DNA of 64,000 nucleotides from a virus, in IMG/VR virus record IMGVR_UViG_3300005805_000051, positions 1 to 64,000 of that record; one strand, 5' to 3'. Below the pieces are notes generated by a model. It was not told the DNA's origin. It did not search any database and was given only the letters and a program-made list of their open reading frames with translations. The first letter of the stretch is position 1. Each line of letters opens with the position of its first letter. Both the position numbers and the translations under genes were made by a program. This document shows positions 37,101 to 47,656 of this stretch, piece by piece.

Positions 37101-40100
37101 GGTTTAATGTAACGCGACCGTTCCATGACGCAACAGCAAACGGATTTACATTGACCAGCTTGGAGGCCAGTGGTTGTGAAATAAACGAAGTCGTAGTATA
37201 TGTGGGAAGAATAAATGTTGATACTTCATTTCTAACGGGCGAAGGACGCATTACATTGGTACTTTGAGTGCTGTCCCAGTTTCCGACACGCAACCCTTGC
37301 GATACGAATGCCGGACGCAGTTCACGTTGCTGCGTGTCCATCGATGCTTGATAATCTTCATCAGATACATCGGCAATCGCATACGAGGCAAAAGGATCAA
37401 TCAAAATACCATTCTTAAATCGTTCAATATCATCTTCGTCCAGTTCAGGAGTCGCTAATGTGCTGTCTTCTAACTGACTCAACTGCACATAGTATTCCAA
37501 ACGTTCAATACGCTTTTCTAACCGGCCAATATCGCGCATCGTGTATCGGCGATGCTCTACTGTCTCGACTTGCACCAGTTCTGCATTCACGGTATATGGG
37601 GGATAGGTTACCAGATACAGCGTCATTGTGTCTTCTGAATCTGCCGGAGGTACCGGATTCACCGCAGGCAATCCGCGCACTACCTTCATCTGCTTGTCCG
37701 TCGTCAAAACCACCTTATCCACGCGACCCAGATAGTGTGCGTAATCCATCTGGAAGTATTCTTCAGGGTGCGGATAAAAGTTCTGCGTATCGAATGTCTG
37801 CGTCGCTCCCACATACGGCATATACGCGGTGTTCGCCAAGACGGTATTTGCTTGACGCGTCGGTCGGAAGTCCACATGGTCGCGTAGCTCTACCGTGTTT
37901 CCCGTTGCGGGATCAGTAAATGTCGGAATGTTTGCGTAACTGACACCGTTATAGCTGTTCGCGGTGAAGTATCCGCTGGTGCCGGTGTGCGAGAATAAAT
38001 CAACCACCACGAGCATCTGATTCGCGGTCGGGTGATGAATCTGCCCCGGCTTCAAGACCAACGCTGCGTGGTCGTAGCACCAGTTTCGCTGACCCGTATC
38101 CAGTGTATACCGACTTGTGACATCCACATACTCACTGGTGCTAGTAATCGCTGCATTTGCATTGGTGACCGCATACACTTTTTGCAGGGTCACCGCATCA
38201 GGTACGCCCAATCCAATCACTTTGAACGAGGCATTAGCGCGCACGGCGGATGCGTCATTAATCGCGATTTGTCCAACCGAGGTGTTGCTTACCAGATACC
38301 CCGTGGCATTAACCGTGCGACTAGTGGTATTTCCAGAAACGAATGTCTTGGTGCGGCGCACCGCAGTTAATGCGGTGTTTGAAGTGACTTCCAGACGACC
38401 AATAATGGACAGGGCGCCACCACCTGTCGCACTTGTTGGTAGCGTCAACGATGCGGTAGTGTATGGCGACGAAATACTCGTCGTCATGTTGTTTAATGGT
38501 ACTACCGCGCTAGAGTTTGCAATCACAAAACTTAAGTGACCTAATGTAGTGGTCACCGGATAGAATGTGGCGCCAGTCGGAGCAGTAATGCTATAGGTAT
38601 TGTGTGTAGCATTTGAGCTTGACGCGGCCGCTCCTGTCCATGTGTACATGGTGGAGAAAGTTTCGTCTTTAATCGATGACGGTGAAATCCAGTTTTCACG
38701 AATCTTGAAAAGCATCGGATTTTGATCCGTGCCCGTCATCGTGGTATTTCCGGCCGACACTAATCCCGTACGACTTTCAATTGCCACCGTCGCACCAATC
38801 ACAAGGGTATTTGCAGTCGTGACGCTGCGAAGCGCACGGTCGCTAAAGCTCACGACCACATTAGCAGAAGTGTTGATGCGATCCATCAATCCTGCGGCGT
38901 CCATCGTCAGCGTCAACGTTGCGCTGTTTCCTGTTGACGCAAACACCGATGTCACCACATCATAGTATAAGGTTTCTCCGTAAATGCCATAAAACTTGAC
39001 CGTTGCCCCATTAAACGCGTTGTTTGCTTGCGGAAGCAACCATGTTGACGAACCCGCACTGGAGGTGTTGTGCGTCAACACCACTTGCTTTGATGACTGG
39101 GTAACCGTAATCTTTGTCAAGCTACTGTCACTATTGGCCGCCGCAGTCACCTGATAAGTCTTTGTCTCAAACTCCATCCCCGTAAGATAGAGATTATACA
39201 GTGTATTTGCGTTACCATTTCCAGCGGAGTATACGAGCGACCGCACACGGCCGGTACCGATTCGACTATAGGGATACAGCGTGGCGGACTGTTTGATTTC
39301 ACTAAAGTCCACGCAGTGTAAATCTACCTTCTGCGTCGTAGTCAAATCAAACATGCCGTTTCCGCGTTTGACGCCCACAAACGGCCCAAAATAAGTGCTG
39401 ATTAATCCGTTGTCGATATTCTGTGTCGTGCGTGGGCGTGGCACCACCAACTTCGTAGTGCCCAGCGTTTCAAACTCATACCCGCGCACATACGCCTTGC
39501 CTGCACTCAGTTCCAGATTCATCAAATCATTGGAGATGAATCCGTAGGTGCTATTGGTAAATCCGACAGAAAACGCGTTGTTAACAGTCAAACTTTGCGA
39601 TGCATACGACCCGTCAACGGCGGTAATGGCGCGCTTTTCACCATTTACCACCAACACATCACCCGCTTGTAATCCAGTATAGAAAGTATACGCAGTGGCA
39701 TTTACGGGCGTGAAGCTAGAGTTTGAAACTAATGCTCCACTAAAGTTGGTCGGAGACGCGTTGACAATCAGAGTGCTGTTTGCGTTACCGGTCAGCGTTC
39801 CGATGCCGCTTGGTAGGTTGGTCGGGGGATTGTGGTCTTTCGCCGTTAAGACAAATGGGCGCACCACATAACTACCGGATTCGTCGAAGGTACGACGCGC
39901 AAGAACATCTTCAGTAATGGGTTCGGTTGTCGCTTGATTACGAACTTCTAAATCGCCGACACGCGCAATTTCAATGAAGTTTTCACTTGCATTCTGTTCG
40001 ACCTGCGTTGAGTTATTGGCATCAATCGTGCGGGTCGCGAGCGTCGCAGTCAACTTCAACCGGTCGGCGCCGGGAGCCGCGTAGTTTGACGAGTTTAACG

Positions 40101-40779
40101 CCGGATCTAACAAGCTACTGTCATCCAACGAAGTAATGAAGTCCTCGGACATTTCAAAGCCGATACGCGCCCGAGGTTGATTCGTCGACGAACTAACCAC
40201 CACTGTTTGTTGTGGAACATCAACTGCGTGCCCCAACAGATAGTAGGTACCAGCACGAACACTGAATACCGCCGCGTCACGAGTTACTACTGCACTGGGA
40301 GCGGCAGTCATCGTATAGGTCGTGGTGCCGACAACGATGCTGAGTTGCTCGTCCCCTGCAAAACTCTTGTCATTCATCGGGGCGATAATAATCGCCGAGT
40401 AGGTTTCGCTTGACTGCTGCGCGACTTGCACGACGCGGCCTTCTGCACCGCTGGTGCCGCCACGAACAATACCTCCGATACCCGTATTCGCGTTGTAGAA
40501 GTTCGCAATATTGACCGTCGAGTCCTTGACGAGCTGTAATGCGGTCACATTATTCGCATAGGTTTGTTCACCACCGACCAGCGCACGCCCCTCGGTATAC
40601 AACGAGGTCGCGAGTTGCTCCACTTGATTTTGGAGCATCGACTGAATTTGATTCAGTTCGCGAACCTGTACCGGTCGTTTGGTTTGAACAAGGATTCGAT
40701 GAAATCGCTTGGATTTCTCGAAATCATCCCAATACGGTTGACCGGCAATTGTTTCATTCGTGGTGTTAGAGAGAGGCAT
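34153..40779 (-). CDS. Large virion/baseplate structural protein (DUF4815/VrlC-like)
   Basis: PYWDDF...K.FHRIL, RELNQIQS.LQNQ, APGADRLK, LARRTFDESGSY, RRYTMRDIGRLEKRI..LEYY and DPVAQTF motifs. Confidence 0.88.
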   Translation of the reverse strand: MPLSNTTNETIAGQPYWDDFEKSKRFHRILVQTKRPVQVRELNQIQSMLQNQVEQLATSLYTEGRALVGGEQTYANNVTALQLVKDSTVNIANFYNANTGIGGIVRGGTSGAEGRVVQVAQQSSETYSAIIIAPMNDKSFAGDEQLSIVVGTTTYTMTAAPSAVVTRDAAVFSVRAGTYYLLGHAVDVPQQTVVVSSSTNQPRARIGFEMSEDFITSLDDSSLLDPALNSSNYAAPGADRLKLTATLATRTIDANNSTQVEQNASENFIEIARVGDLEVRNQATTEPITEDVLARRTFDESGSYVVRPFVLTAKDHNPPTNLPSGIGTLTGNANSTLIVNASPTNFSGALVSNSSFTPVNATAYTFYTGLQAGDVLVVNGEKRAITAVDGSYASQSLTVNNAFSVGFTNSTYGFISNDLMNLELSAGKAYVRGYEFETLGTTKLVVPRPRTTQNIDNGLISTYFGPFVGVKRGNGMFDLTTTQKVDLHCVDFSEIKQSATLYPYSRIGTGRVRSLVYSAGNGNANTLYNLYLTGMEFETKTYQVTAAANSDSSLTKITVTQSSKQVVLTHNTSSAGSSTWLLPQANNAFNGATVKFYGIYGETLYYDVVTSVFASTGNSATLTLTMDAAGLMDRINTSANVVVSFSDRALRSVTTANTLVIGATVAIESRTGLVSAGNTTMTGTDQNPMLFKIRENWISPSSIKDETFSTMYTWTGAAASSSNATHNTYSITAPTGATFYPVTTTLGHLSFVIANSSAVVPLNNMTTSISSPYTTASLTLPTSATGGGALSIIGRLEVTSNTALTAVRRTKTFVSGNTTSRTVNATGYLVSNTSVGQIAINDASAVRANASFKVIGLGVPDAVTLQKVYAVTNANAAITSTSEYVDVTSRYTLDTGQRNWCYDHAALVLKPGQIHHPTANQMLVVVDLFSHTGTSGYFTANSYNGVSYANIPTFTDPATGNTVELRDHVDFRPTRQANTVLANTAYMPYVGATQTFDTQNFYPHPEEYFQMDYAHYLGRVDKVVLTTDKQMKVVRGLPAVNPVPPADSEDTMTLYLVTYPPYTVNAELVQVETVEHRRYTMRDIGRLEKRIERLEYYVQLSQLEDSTLATPELDEDDIERFKNGILIDPFASYAIADVSDEDYQASMDTQQRELRPAFVSQGLRVGNWDSTQSTNVMRPSPVRNEVSTFILPTYTTTSFISQPLASKLVNVNPFAVASWNGRVTLNPSSDIWVDTVRAPQVSTNLFNAEDNWGTKSFGTVWNDWETTVVGQPRTDFTRVAAGTVAGPGSDGTGRARWFDVAIDSSVTRVTERHQRTGNTISATTSVRETNLGDRVIDTNIVPTIREANVVFVTTGLKPDSTLVASFDEVDVTNYIERASEVRLASNAAAATFIVGETITSNAASNAGQAVIAAITGNVLRVVNPRGRFFGSGENIHVTAALSSLRSTAHTAVPVSEYVSYAGRFQTSGSSNTTSVCLDTGASAVTNAYQNQVLYVTNGPGEGSRATITAYDGGTKVATLSSALSTTPTASSRYSIGNVKTDPLTTNLSGEMSYNAPSAGSRQPGCAYGMFFLPGYGYTTDTSSLRRLANGSIEGITLSSLRFNTGRRIFKIADNLSASVAKMSAETAYEAQGQTKVVENQKVSTVAVSISGQATTGTRADTTRITDAGTRVTVTPGAYIDPVAQTFLVDAQQNPSGVYITSLDLFFGRKDSGNVPVTVQLRTTVNGFPSADEVLGSAIAYSVNVVPSNTTPDPTNADHYTRFTFANPVYLAAGQEYAIVVLTNSFDYELMVGEIGQNIIGTTRRISEQPYAGSFFKSQNSRTWTPQQEEDLMFVLNRAVFSTSPATAVFKLAETPTLRPFGSGNLLTTDSNGTYFFDLYHVETQHIDFPETVNNATYQLKVTDAVTNTYQSTFSTRLDQNIPLTSRARINNSNTDSLQLVVSFKTDSNLVAPMYDTSRFNLIAVRNVIDNGQLYSNGVIIENPGQMDATANAAYANTNTLTVSITGTMANGAECGTGGVATFYINSTGQVQNVYVTTNGSGYLETITVPAPTLATGAFSTTPVLTYRGETSNKVSIYGEQKARYVTRRVNLADGFEAADLKVYVSANRPPATNIDVYYKVLATGDKETFDQKNWVRMQVKSTQENVFSNTDREFREYEYRTTANTAAYTSNSVEYTRFRTFAIKIVMRSEDTTIVPRLRNLRAIALDV

Positions 40780-40795
40780 ACTTTGTTCCTATACG

Positions 40796-42334
40796 CTAAA
40801 AGGACAGCACAAACCGAATGGTTTCAATCTGAGCAGGATCACGATATACAGGGGCTTTGTGGTCAACCACCAGAATATCTCCAGAGAACGGTGTAATGTC
40901 TGGTGCGGACACCGATTCTACCGCGGCTTGCGAACCAGATGCGGGAACAATCGGAGTAAACGCTTCGGGGGTTGCTGGAACCGTCGTTGCTCCGGCAATT
41001 TGTCCTGTCGCATTTCCATTTCCAATTCCCGAGATATTTATACCCGTTACAAAAGTGCCATAAACATGGGTGAGCTTCACTTTGGTTGCTTGGGATTCGG
41101 TGACCACCCCATAGGCCACCCCATTGGCACCTTTATCTTGGAAGACCAGCTCATTCGTAGTGAACAACCCTGTTGTATTTGAAATACCCAGTTCCCACAT
41201 CTGAACATATTCATCGCCGGTGGCAATAGTGCTGGTGCCATAGAGTTGGGGATTCCGAACAATACCTACGCGACGATAGCTCACCGCAAGAGGTAACTCT
41301 CCCGAAATACCCGTGGAATCTAACGTGGAATAAACCATGACCGCAGACCCTGATAATTCATGTTCAATGTTGATGCCATGGTTTGTGATATAATGAGTCC
41401 CGGTCGTGTTTGTGAAACTATTACGCGGAGAAATAATGGCGGCCGCGGAAGCACCGGTTCCACCACCCACACCATCAACAAAGGTGACGTTTGCGTAGCT
41501 ATAGTTACTGCCACGCAACACCATGTTAACCTGTTTAATAGACCCGGCGTCCACAACCGCGACGCCTTGTGCGCCGGTACCATCACCCGTAATAGTTACC
41601 TGTGTACCTTGACTGTACCCGCTTCCACCTTCTTCAACAACTACCGTGTAGATTGCACCGTTGCTGAACCGCGCGTCGTTGAACACGGTGTATTGGTCTG
41701 AACCGTCGTCGTACACATCCCCAAAGTTTGGGCTGGTGTTGTTGGTTTCTAATGTGCCGGCCACGGTTTTAACCGGAATGTATTCCGGTGTCAAATACTT
41801 TGTGACTAAATCGCCATCAATCTTATACAAATATTTCCATGTATAGGAATAAGGTGTCCCTGCGGTCGTAACCAACTTGGTCACATCTTCCAACCCTTCC
41901 GTGGATGGTTCTGCGATGCTGGTAGAATTGCCGTCAGGGTAGCGCCCGTTATACAAACACTTGAAGACTTCGTTGTTACTGTTCAGTACATAAAATGGAC
42001 TAGTTGCATTCGCATACATGACCGTCGTATTTGATCGATGATCATACATGTTGTAAATTGCTGCATTCGCCCAATCATGTCGCGGCGCGACCTGATACAC
42101 GTTATTTGGTGTCAAACGCACCAGCGCAATCATGTCACGCCAGTAATCAAAGGTAGTTTCTTTTACCGTGTCAGACGGGGTAGAAATTGCCGCAAAATTG
42201 GTGTCTGCGGAACTTGACCATGGCACGGAACGACCAATAAACAAGTAGAAATTATCTCCTTCTGCGGTTGAAAGAGCTTCCACAAATTCTTTGGCGTTTT
42301 TAACCCGATACTTGCGTGTAACAATTGAAGGCAT
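40796..42334 (-). CDS. gp8: Baseplate wedge subunit
   Basis: YLFIGR..PW, FYVLNS..EVFKCL.N and Y.WKYLY motifs. Confidence 0.88.
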   Translation of the reverse strand: MPSIVTRKYRVKNAKEFVEALSTAEGDNFYLFIGRSVPWSSSADTNFAAISTPSDTVKETTFDYWRDMIALVRLTPNNVYQVAPRHDWANAAIYNMYDHRSNTTVMYANATSPFYVLNSNNEVFKCLYNGRYPDGNSTSIAEPSTEGLEDVTKLVTTAGTPYSYTWKYLYKIDGDLVTKYLTPEYIPVKTVAGTLETNNTSPNFGDVYDDGSDQYTVFNDARFSNGAIYTVVVEEGGSGYSQGTQVTITGDGTGAQGVAVVDAGSIKQVNMVLRGSNYSYANVTFVDGVGGGTGASAAAIISPRNSFTNTTGTHYITNHGINIEHELSGSAVMVYSTLDSTGISGELPLAVSYRRVGIVRNPQLYGTSTIATGDEYVQMWELGISNTTGLFTTNELVFQDKGANGVAYGVVTESQATKVKLTHVYGTFVTGINISGIGNGNATGQIAGATTVPATPEAFTPIVPASGSQAAVESVSAPDITPFSGDILVVDHKAPVYRDPAQIETIRFVLSF

Positions 42335-42372
42335 GTCTGTATGTCCTCTACATCATTCTATTTATTGTCACT

Positions 42373-45300
42373 TTAAACAACCGTCGCGGTCGGGACAACA
42401 ATGTCCACAATGCGTGGCTTCGAATCGGCCGTTGACGCGGCAACTTCATCTCCGTGGATATTGATGGGATCGTTACCGTATTCAGCAATTGCGGGATTAT
42501 TATTAACCCCAATGAACAACCCTACCACAATCGCATCTACGCTAATCGTAATACTGAGCGCCCCTGCAAGGGGTTCAATAGTCGCACTTCGCGTCGCGGT
42601 CGGCGCACTTATTGTTTCAATTGCAGATTCTGCAACACTATTTGGGCCCGCAGGAATAACTAAATGCACCAGCGGGGCCGGTGCTGTGCGAGTGACTGTG
42701 GCCGTTGTAATAACAATTGCCCGGTTGGGCTTAACCGCAGGTGCGCTAACCGTAATAATAACCGACGTCACTTCAAAGTCTAAGTCTGCATTACGGAATG
42801 TTTCAATTTCTTGAATGCCAGCATTTAAATTAACCGTAATGCTTTGATTCGGGATAAGCTTTGCACCAGCCGGATGCACAAATCGTTTCACCGCATCCGC
42901 ATATCGCGTGTAATCTTCTTCGACAGACAACACATACGCAAACGGTTGATACGTCGACGCATCCTGCATGTATTGGTCGGCGGATGCAAAACTTTGAGTG
43001 GTCTTAAATCGAGGTGTGCTGGTGACGGTTCCACCCAACACTAATTGAAGTTGTGCGTTATTTCCGGATGCGCTGGATGAGGTCGTGCTGTTTACCGTGA
43101 AGGTTGCCGCAGAGATGTACCCTGATCCGCCAGACACCACTTCAAGTGACCCGATGACGCCGTTGCTCGCTTGCGTCGATAGCTCGGCCGCTTCGTACGG
43201 ATAAACCGACCGGGAGACATACGACCCGTTTGAAAATTGCGGTTGATTTGGCACTGGCAATGTAACAACGGGGCTTCCCAAAATGTATCCGCGACCCACA
43301 CCAGTAACAAGAATATCGTCTACTTCACCGATTGCGGTTCGGACACCATTGATATAAATTGGCACCACAGTCGTTGCGAGTAGAATCGGCTCGATAATCG
43401 AGGCTAAGTCAGCTTCGTATAATCCACTTCCCGTGGCCCCCATACTCCAATCGGTGGCCCCAATCGTCGGAGGTTCCTGCCCTAAAGTAACGGACGAAGT
43501 ATTCCCCGATTGCACACGCGTTTGTGCAGAGGTTCCACCGGTCAAGGTGGTATTTGCGGTAAAGGTGCCGGTGGAGCCTTCAAGCACCAATGCGGTGCTG
43601 TTGATAGTGGAGTGCAGTGTTCCGGTGCCCCCACTACCCGCCGTGATTGTTTCCCCTACCGTGAAATTGTTGGTCGAGGTAATTGTGGTGACTAGCGTCA
43701 ACCCTTCGGCGGCAATGGTGTCGCCGCTAAGGAGTTCGTCATCAACTGCTAATCGCCACGATAAGACGTCAAGAAGAGAAATACCACTAATAAAGTAATC
43801 TGTACTCTCTAACCCTGATTTATATTCAAGGGGAATCGTCGGGAATACAGGATTGTTCACGGTAAAGTAAATAGTATCGCCCGCTTCGGTAAGAATCTGA
43901 CCCGCTGTAATGTCAGAAACATACGCTTCAAGACCAGACCCACCCGTGCCGGTGTTGTCTACAATGACCGGGATACCGGCATAGTACCCTTCACCGGGCG
44001 TATCAATATTGATGATTGAGATTTCTGACGAAGATAACCCCGTAACTCGACCGATGGCTCCATATCCGTTAATCGTTGGCGGGGTATTGGGCACATACAC
44101 CAAATCACCGACTTTATAATTGCTACCACCACTATTAACTAGGAACCCGGCGACTGCGCCCGTTACGGTTGCTTGAATTCGCAGGGGGTCTTCTAGGGGC
44201 AGTGTACTGACGCGTTCACCCACCTCAAAATTTGTGCCGGGTTTTTGCTCTTGGACAAACGGTTGTGTATAGATTTGTGTCTCTACCTGCGTCGGGGGCA
44301 CACCAAACACTGTCGACATCAGATAGCCACCTTCTGTGGTTACCTGATATGCAGTACCGCGAGTAACTTCTGTGGAAGGCGTTGCGGTGAGAGTAATGTG
44401 TGTGCCATTAGTTGCCACATTCGCTACTGTGACGCGCACCGCGCTCACGCTACCATTGGCGATATAGAACGACTGTCCTGCGGCTACCAACAACGCCACA
44501 TTTCCAGAGGCCACCATTGTCGTGCTGCTGGTGTTAATCGCAAAAGTTTCGGTGCGCGTAACCGCACGACCGGGTTCGTCGACATCTAAGATAAGATTAA
44601 ACGGAATATCATTTGTAATAACATCATCAAGATTTAAGGACAGAATAGTATTGCGTCCTTCAATTTCTTCACGCACTTGTGCAACGCGGGCGCGCACATT
44701 ACTGGTCAATCCCACAATCTCACGCGATTCTAGCGCATACACATTACCTGTTGCTATTCCACCAAAAGTTAATCCCGTGGTATAGGAACCGGTTGATGTT
44801 GCGTTGACCGTAATCGTGCGAGTATAGCCAGTGGTGTTACCCGTTAAAACCTCACCAGTTGTCAAACTTCCATAAATGGCATACACATCCACCGCTGTGC
44901 TATTAACAGTTTGATAAACAGTGGCAAAATCACCAGCGGCGGTGTCAAGAATTTCTCCGTTACTAAAGGTATTCGACGACGCGCTGGTGGTTACACGATA
45001 AATCAAACGCGGAGGCGTCGAGTCTACCTTTAAAATGGTCGAGCGGTCATACGTCGCATCTGACGCCGTAAATGTATATTCGCGGGGATAGCGAATCGTG
45101 ATTTCTCTTCCAAACAATGCCCGGAATAAGAACCGATAGGAATCTTCACTACCACGCGCTTGATAAAAGCTCAGAATTTTTGGGATTAATCCAGCGGCAT
45201 CCGCCCCTTCTTGCGGAAACTCTCGCAAATACGTATCTTGAAAATACGAAATGAAATCTGCAATCGTAGCTTCGTATTCATGAAAATCTAAAATTTGGCG

Positions 45301-45732
45301 TAGTGCGCCCGCCGCTTGCCGCACGGACTTTTGCGTTTCAACCGAATAAGTATTGCCATAATACGTGCGTTCTGGCACATCATACAACAATAACGACGTA
45401 CTGTTCGTTACACTTCGAACCGTAAAAAATTCTTGCCCAACCTTAATGCGGTCATACTGCACTAAAGTGGAGTCTGTCTCGACTCCGCGATCAACTAACG
45501 TAAATGTGGTATTTGAGCCAACTACCGTCGAATTTCCCGAGAGAACCGTAAGCACCCCTTGCTGGGCAACATAGACGGACTCAATAGGATTTTCGTCGTT
45601 TTGCTCAAGAAATTGAAAATATGCTTTAAGAAAAGCAAAAAATTGCGGATATTGAGCCTGAATAAACTGCGGGACAATTTCCCCGAGTCGAGTTGAAGTT
45701 CGGTGGTGAACGTCTTGTGCGTAATGCGCCAT
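42373..45732 (-). CDS. gp7: Baseplate wedge initiator-like protein
   Basis: P.F..FLKAYF.FLE, FY.ARGSE.SY.FLFRALFG and YQ.FAYV...HPAG motifs; lies between gp6 and gp8. Confidence 0.75.
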   Translation of the reverse strand: MAHYAQDVHHRTSTRLGEIVPQFIQAQYPQFFAFLKAYFQFLEQNDENPIESVYVAQQGVLTVLSGNSTVVGSNTTFTLVDRGVETDSTLVQYDRIKVGQEFFTVRSVTNSTSLLLYDVPERTYYGNTYSVETQKSVRQAAGALRQILDFHEYEATIADFISYFQDTYLREFPQEGADAAGLIPKILSFYQARGSEDSYRFLFRALFGREITIRYPREYTFTASDATYDRSTILKVDSTPPRLIYRVTTSASSNTFSNGEILDTAAGDFATVYQTVNSTAVDVYAIYGSLTTGEVLTGNTTGYTRTITVNATSTGSYTTGLTFGGIATGNVYALESREIVGLTSNVRARVAQVREEIEGRNTILSLNLDDVITNDIPFNLILDVDEPGRAVTRTETFAINTSSTTMVASGNVALLVAAGQSFYIANGSVSAVRVTVANVATNGTHITLTATPSTEVTRGTAYQVTTEGGYLMSTVFGVPPTQVETQIYTQPFVQEQKPGTNFEVGERVSTLPLEDPLRIQATVTGAVAGFLVNSGGSNYKVGDLVYVPNTPPTINGYGAIGRVTGLSSSEISIINIDTPGEGYYAGIPVIVDNTGTGGSGLEAYVSDITAGQILTEAGDTIYFTVNNPVFPTIPLEYKSGLESTDYFISGISLLDVLSWRLAVDDELLSGDTIAAEGLTLVTTITSTNNFTVGETITAGSGGTGTLHSTINSTALVLEGSTGTFTANTTLTGGTSAQTRVQSGNTSSVTLGQEPPTIGATDWSMGATGSGLYEADLASIIEPILLATTVVPIYINGVRTAIGEVDDILVTGVGRGYILGSPVVTLPVPNQPQFSNGSYVSRSVYPYEAAELSTQASNGVIGSLEVVSGGSGYISAATFTVNSTTSSSASGNNAQLQLVLGGTVTSTPRFKTTQSFASADQYMQDASTYQPFAYVLSVEEDYTRYADAVKRFVHPAGAKLIPNQSITVNLNAGIQEIETFRNADLDFEVTSVIITVSAPAVKPNRAIVITTATVTRTAPAPLVHLVIPAGPNSVAESAIETISAPTATRSATIEPLAGALSITISVDAIVVGLFIGVNNNPAIAEYGNDPINIHGDEVAASTADSKPRIVDIVVPTATVV

Positions 45733-45742
45733 GAACGATCCC

Positions 45743-47650
45743 TTAGAACACGATTGCGCCGTTGATGATGCGACCCGCTGTGGTGCCGCGACGGTCTAAC
45801 AGATCAGGTAGCACTCGTACACTCACACTCTCCGCAGGAATCCGCACAATCTGTGACCGACGTGCGATAATGTCCGTTGTATTTGGAATCGCCTGTACGC
45901 GTACTTCCCCGATAAAATTTGTCGTAATATTTGTCGGATAGAAGTGTGTCAGAGACACCGCTCCCGTGGCAAAATTTACCGTACCAACACCACTCTTGAC
46001 TAAGGTTTTACCGGTAGCAGGATCATCGCGATATACATTAATCACATTTGCATGATTTTCAATAAAACATCCAGAATACACGAATCCTGTCGTATCTGCA
46101 TGCGAGAATCGTTGTGTGCCTACTCGACTTGTGACGGTCACCAATTGATTTGCGTCAGTTGCTTCAAAAACAGGGTTAGAAAATTCTAAAGTGTATGACC
46201 CAGTAGTCGCGACCACCCGAAAGCGTTTTTCCATTTTTACCGCAGTGATATTACTTTGAATGCTTTGTTCTGCACTGTCGATAAGCTTTGATACCTGTGA
46301 GTATCGGAAAATGGAACCAAACTGACCCACGGTAATCTGCCCATACCCGACAATTGCATTACTGATTAAAGCGGCAAGTTCAGAGGTATTGCGTGAGGTT
46401 AACGCGGGAGTATACTTAGCCTCAACATCAACCGCGACATAGATGTAGTCGGGGTCAACAAATTCATATCCAAGAATCGGCAACGATTTTGGACGCAATA
46501 CATGGTCGAGAATCGAGTTCTTTTGCGTATCTCCGAACTTATCACCGTTGAACGGTTTCAGGGCGATAAACATCTTCCCATATACCGGAGGATCGTTATC
46601 TTCACCGCCCCAGATGGATACCGATTCGATGCCGCTATACTCGGTGAGCAGTACTGTTCTGGCATCTTCTGGGGTCACAATACGACCCTGTACCTGATAA
46701 ATCGCCGGAGCATTCTTTTTGATACTATCAATCGATTCGCGAACATCTCCACCGTACGCCGGTACGTTGATGTTGTTCAGCACGGTGGCCACCGTCACGC
46801 CGGTGGTATTGACGACGAGATTTCCCACGGTATCGGCGAACGAGAAGGTGTTAGCCCCGTTCCCGCGCGTCCCACCAGAAATCAGATAATCCGCAACCAC
46901 TTGTTGCCCGACTGTTAGGTTGCGACCAAGACGGCCGTCTCCGAATTGAATATCGTAAGTGCCATCATTGTTTTCAAACAGGAAGTAAACATTTGTAGTC
47001 GGACCAACCACGACGGCTGATGTTGCACGGTCATAAATGAACGAGGTTGTGCTATTTGCGTCAGGCTTCACCGAAATCGTGATGGTGCGGGTATCAATTG
47101 TTTCGTTGGGGAGGGTCAACTTTACCCCAGAGGCTTGAATGTCTCCCGACGCAACGGTAAAAGTTTGGGTCAGCTTAATACCTTCGTATAGCTCGGCCCC
47201 GATGAACGTCACGGTGTTTGCCGCAAATGTTTCCTGTTCGGCGTCATCAATCGTATAAAAAGTCAGCGTTTGATTACCCGTCGTTGATGAGAACTTCGTA
47301 TAGCGGGGAAGTTCTACCGTAACCTCTGTCGTGTCGACACCATTCAAGGTTACATCGACAATCGCAGTTGCACTTGAAATAGAACGCGGGACGTAGCCTA
47401 GCTGACGCGCGGCAGCCACCACCGAGTTTCGAATCTGGGCGGTTTGCAGGAAGACTTCGTTAATTGCAAAATTGGTATACCAGCCATGGTAGTAAGCATC
47501 ATATGCCAACACATCCAGAATCGTGCTGATGGCTGATCCCTCATAGTTATAATCTTGCAGTAGCGTCTGACTTTGTAAAAACCGCTTGAGGTCAGCACGA
47601 ATGGTATCAAAGTCCAGTGGGACAATTTGAATTTCGGAAGGTAGTGGCAT
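45743..47650 (-). CDS. gp6: Baseplate wedge subunit
   Basis: LDFDTI...LK.FL, DYNYEGS, LDVLAY and WGGEDNDPP.YGK motifs. Confidence 0.95.
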   Translation of the reverse strand: MPLPSEIQIVPLDFDTIRADLKRFLQSQTLLQDYNYEGSAISTILDVLAYDAYYHGWYTNFAINEVFLQTAQIRNSVVAAARQLGYVPRSISSATAIVDVTLNGVDTTEVTVELPRYTKFSSTTGNQTLTFYTIDDAEQETFAANTVTFIGAELYEGIKLTQTFTVASGDIQASGVKLTLPNETIDTRTITISVKPDANSTTSFIYDRATSAVVVGPTTNVYFLFENNDGTYDIQFGDGRLGRNLTVGQQVVADYLISGGTRGNGANTFSFADTVGNLVVNTTGVTVATVLNNINVPAYGGDVRESIDSIKKNAPAIYQVQGRIVTPEDARTVLLTEYSGIESVSIWGGEDNDPPVYGKMFIALKPFNGDKFGDTQKNSILDHVLRPKSLPILGYEFVDPDYIYVAVDVEAKYTPALTSRNTSELAALISNAIVGYGQITVGQFGSIFRYSQVSKLIDSAEQSIQSNITAVKMEKRFRVVATTGSYTLEFSNPVFEATDANQLVTVTSRVGTQRFSHADTTGFVYSGCFIENHANVINVYRDDPATGKTLVKSGVGTVNFATGAVSLTHFYPTNITTNFIGEVRVQAIPNTTDIIARRSQIVRIPAESVSVRVLPDLLDRRGTTAGRIINGAIVF

Positions 47651-47656
47651 AGTTGC

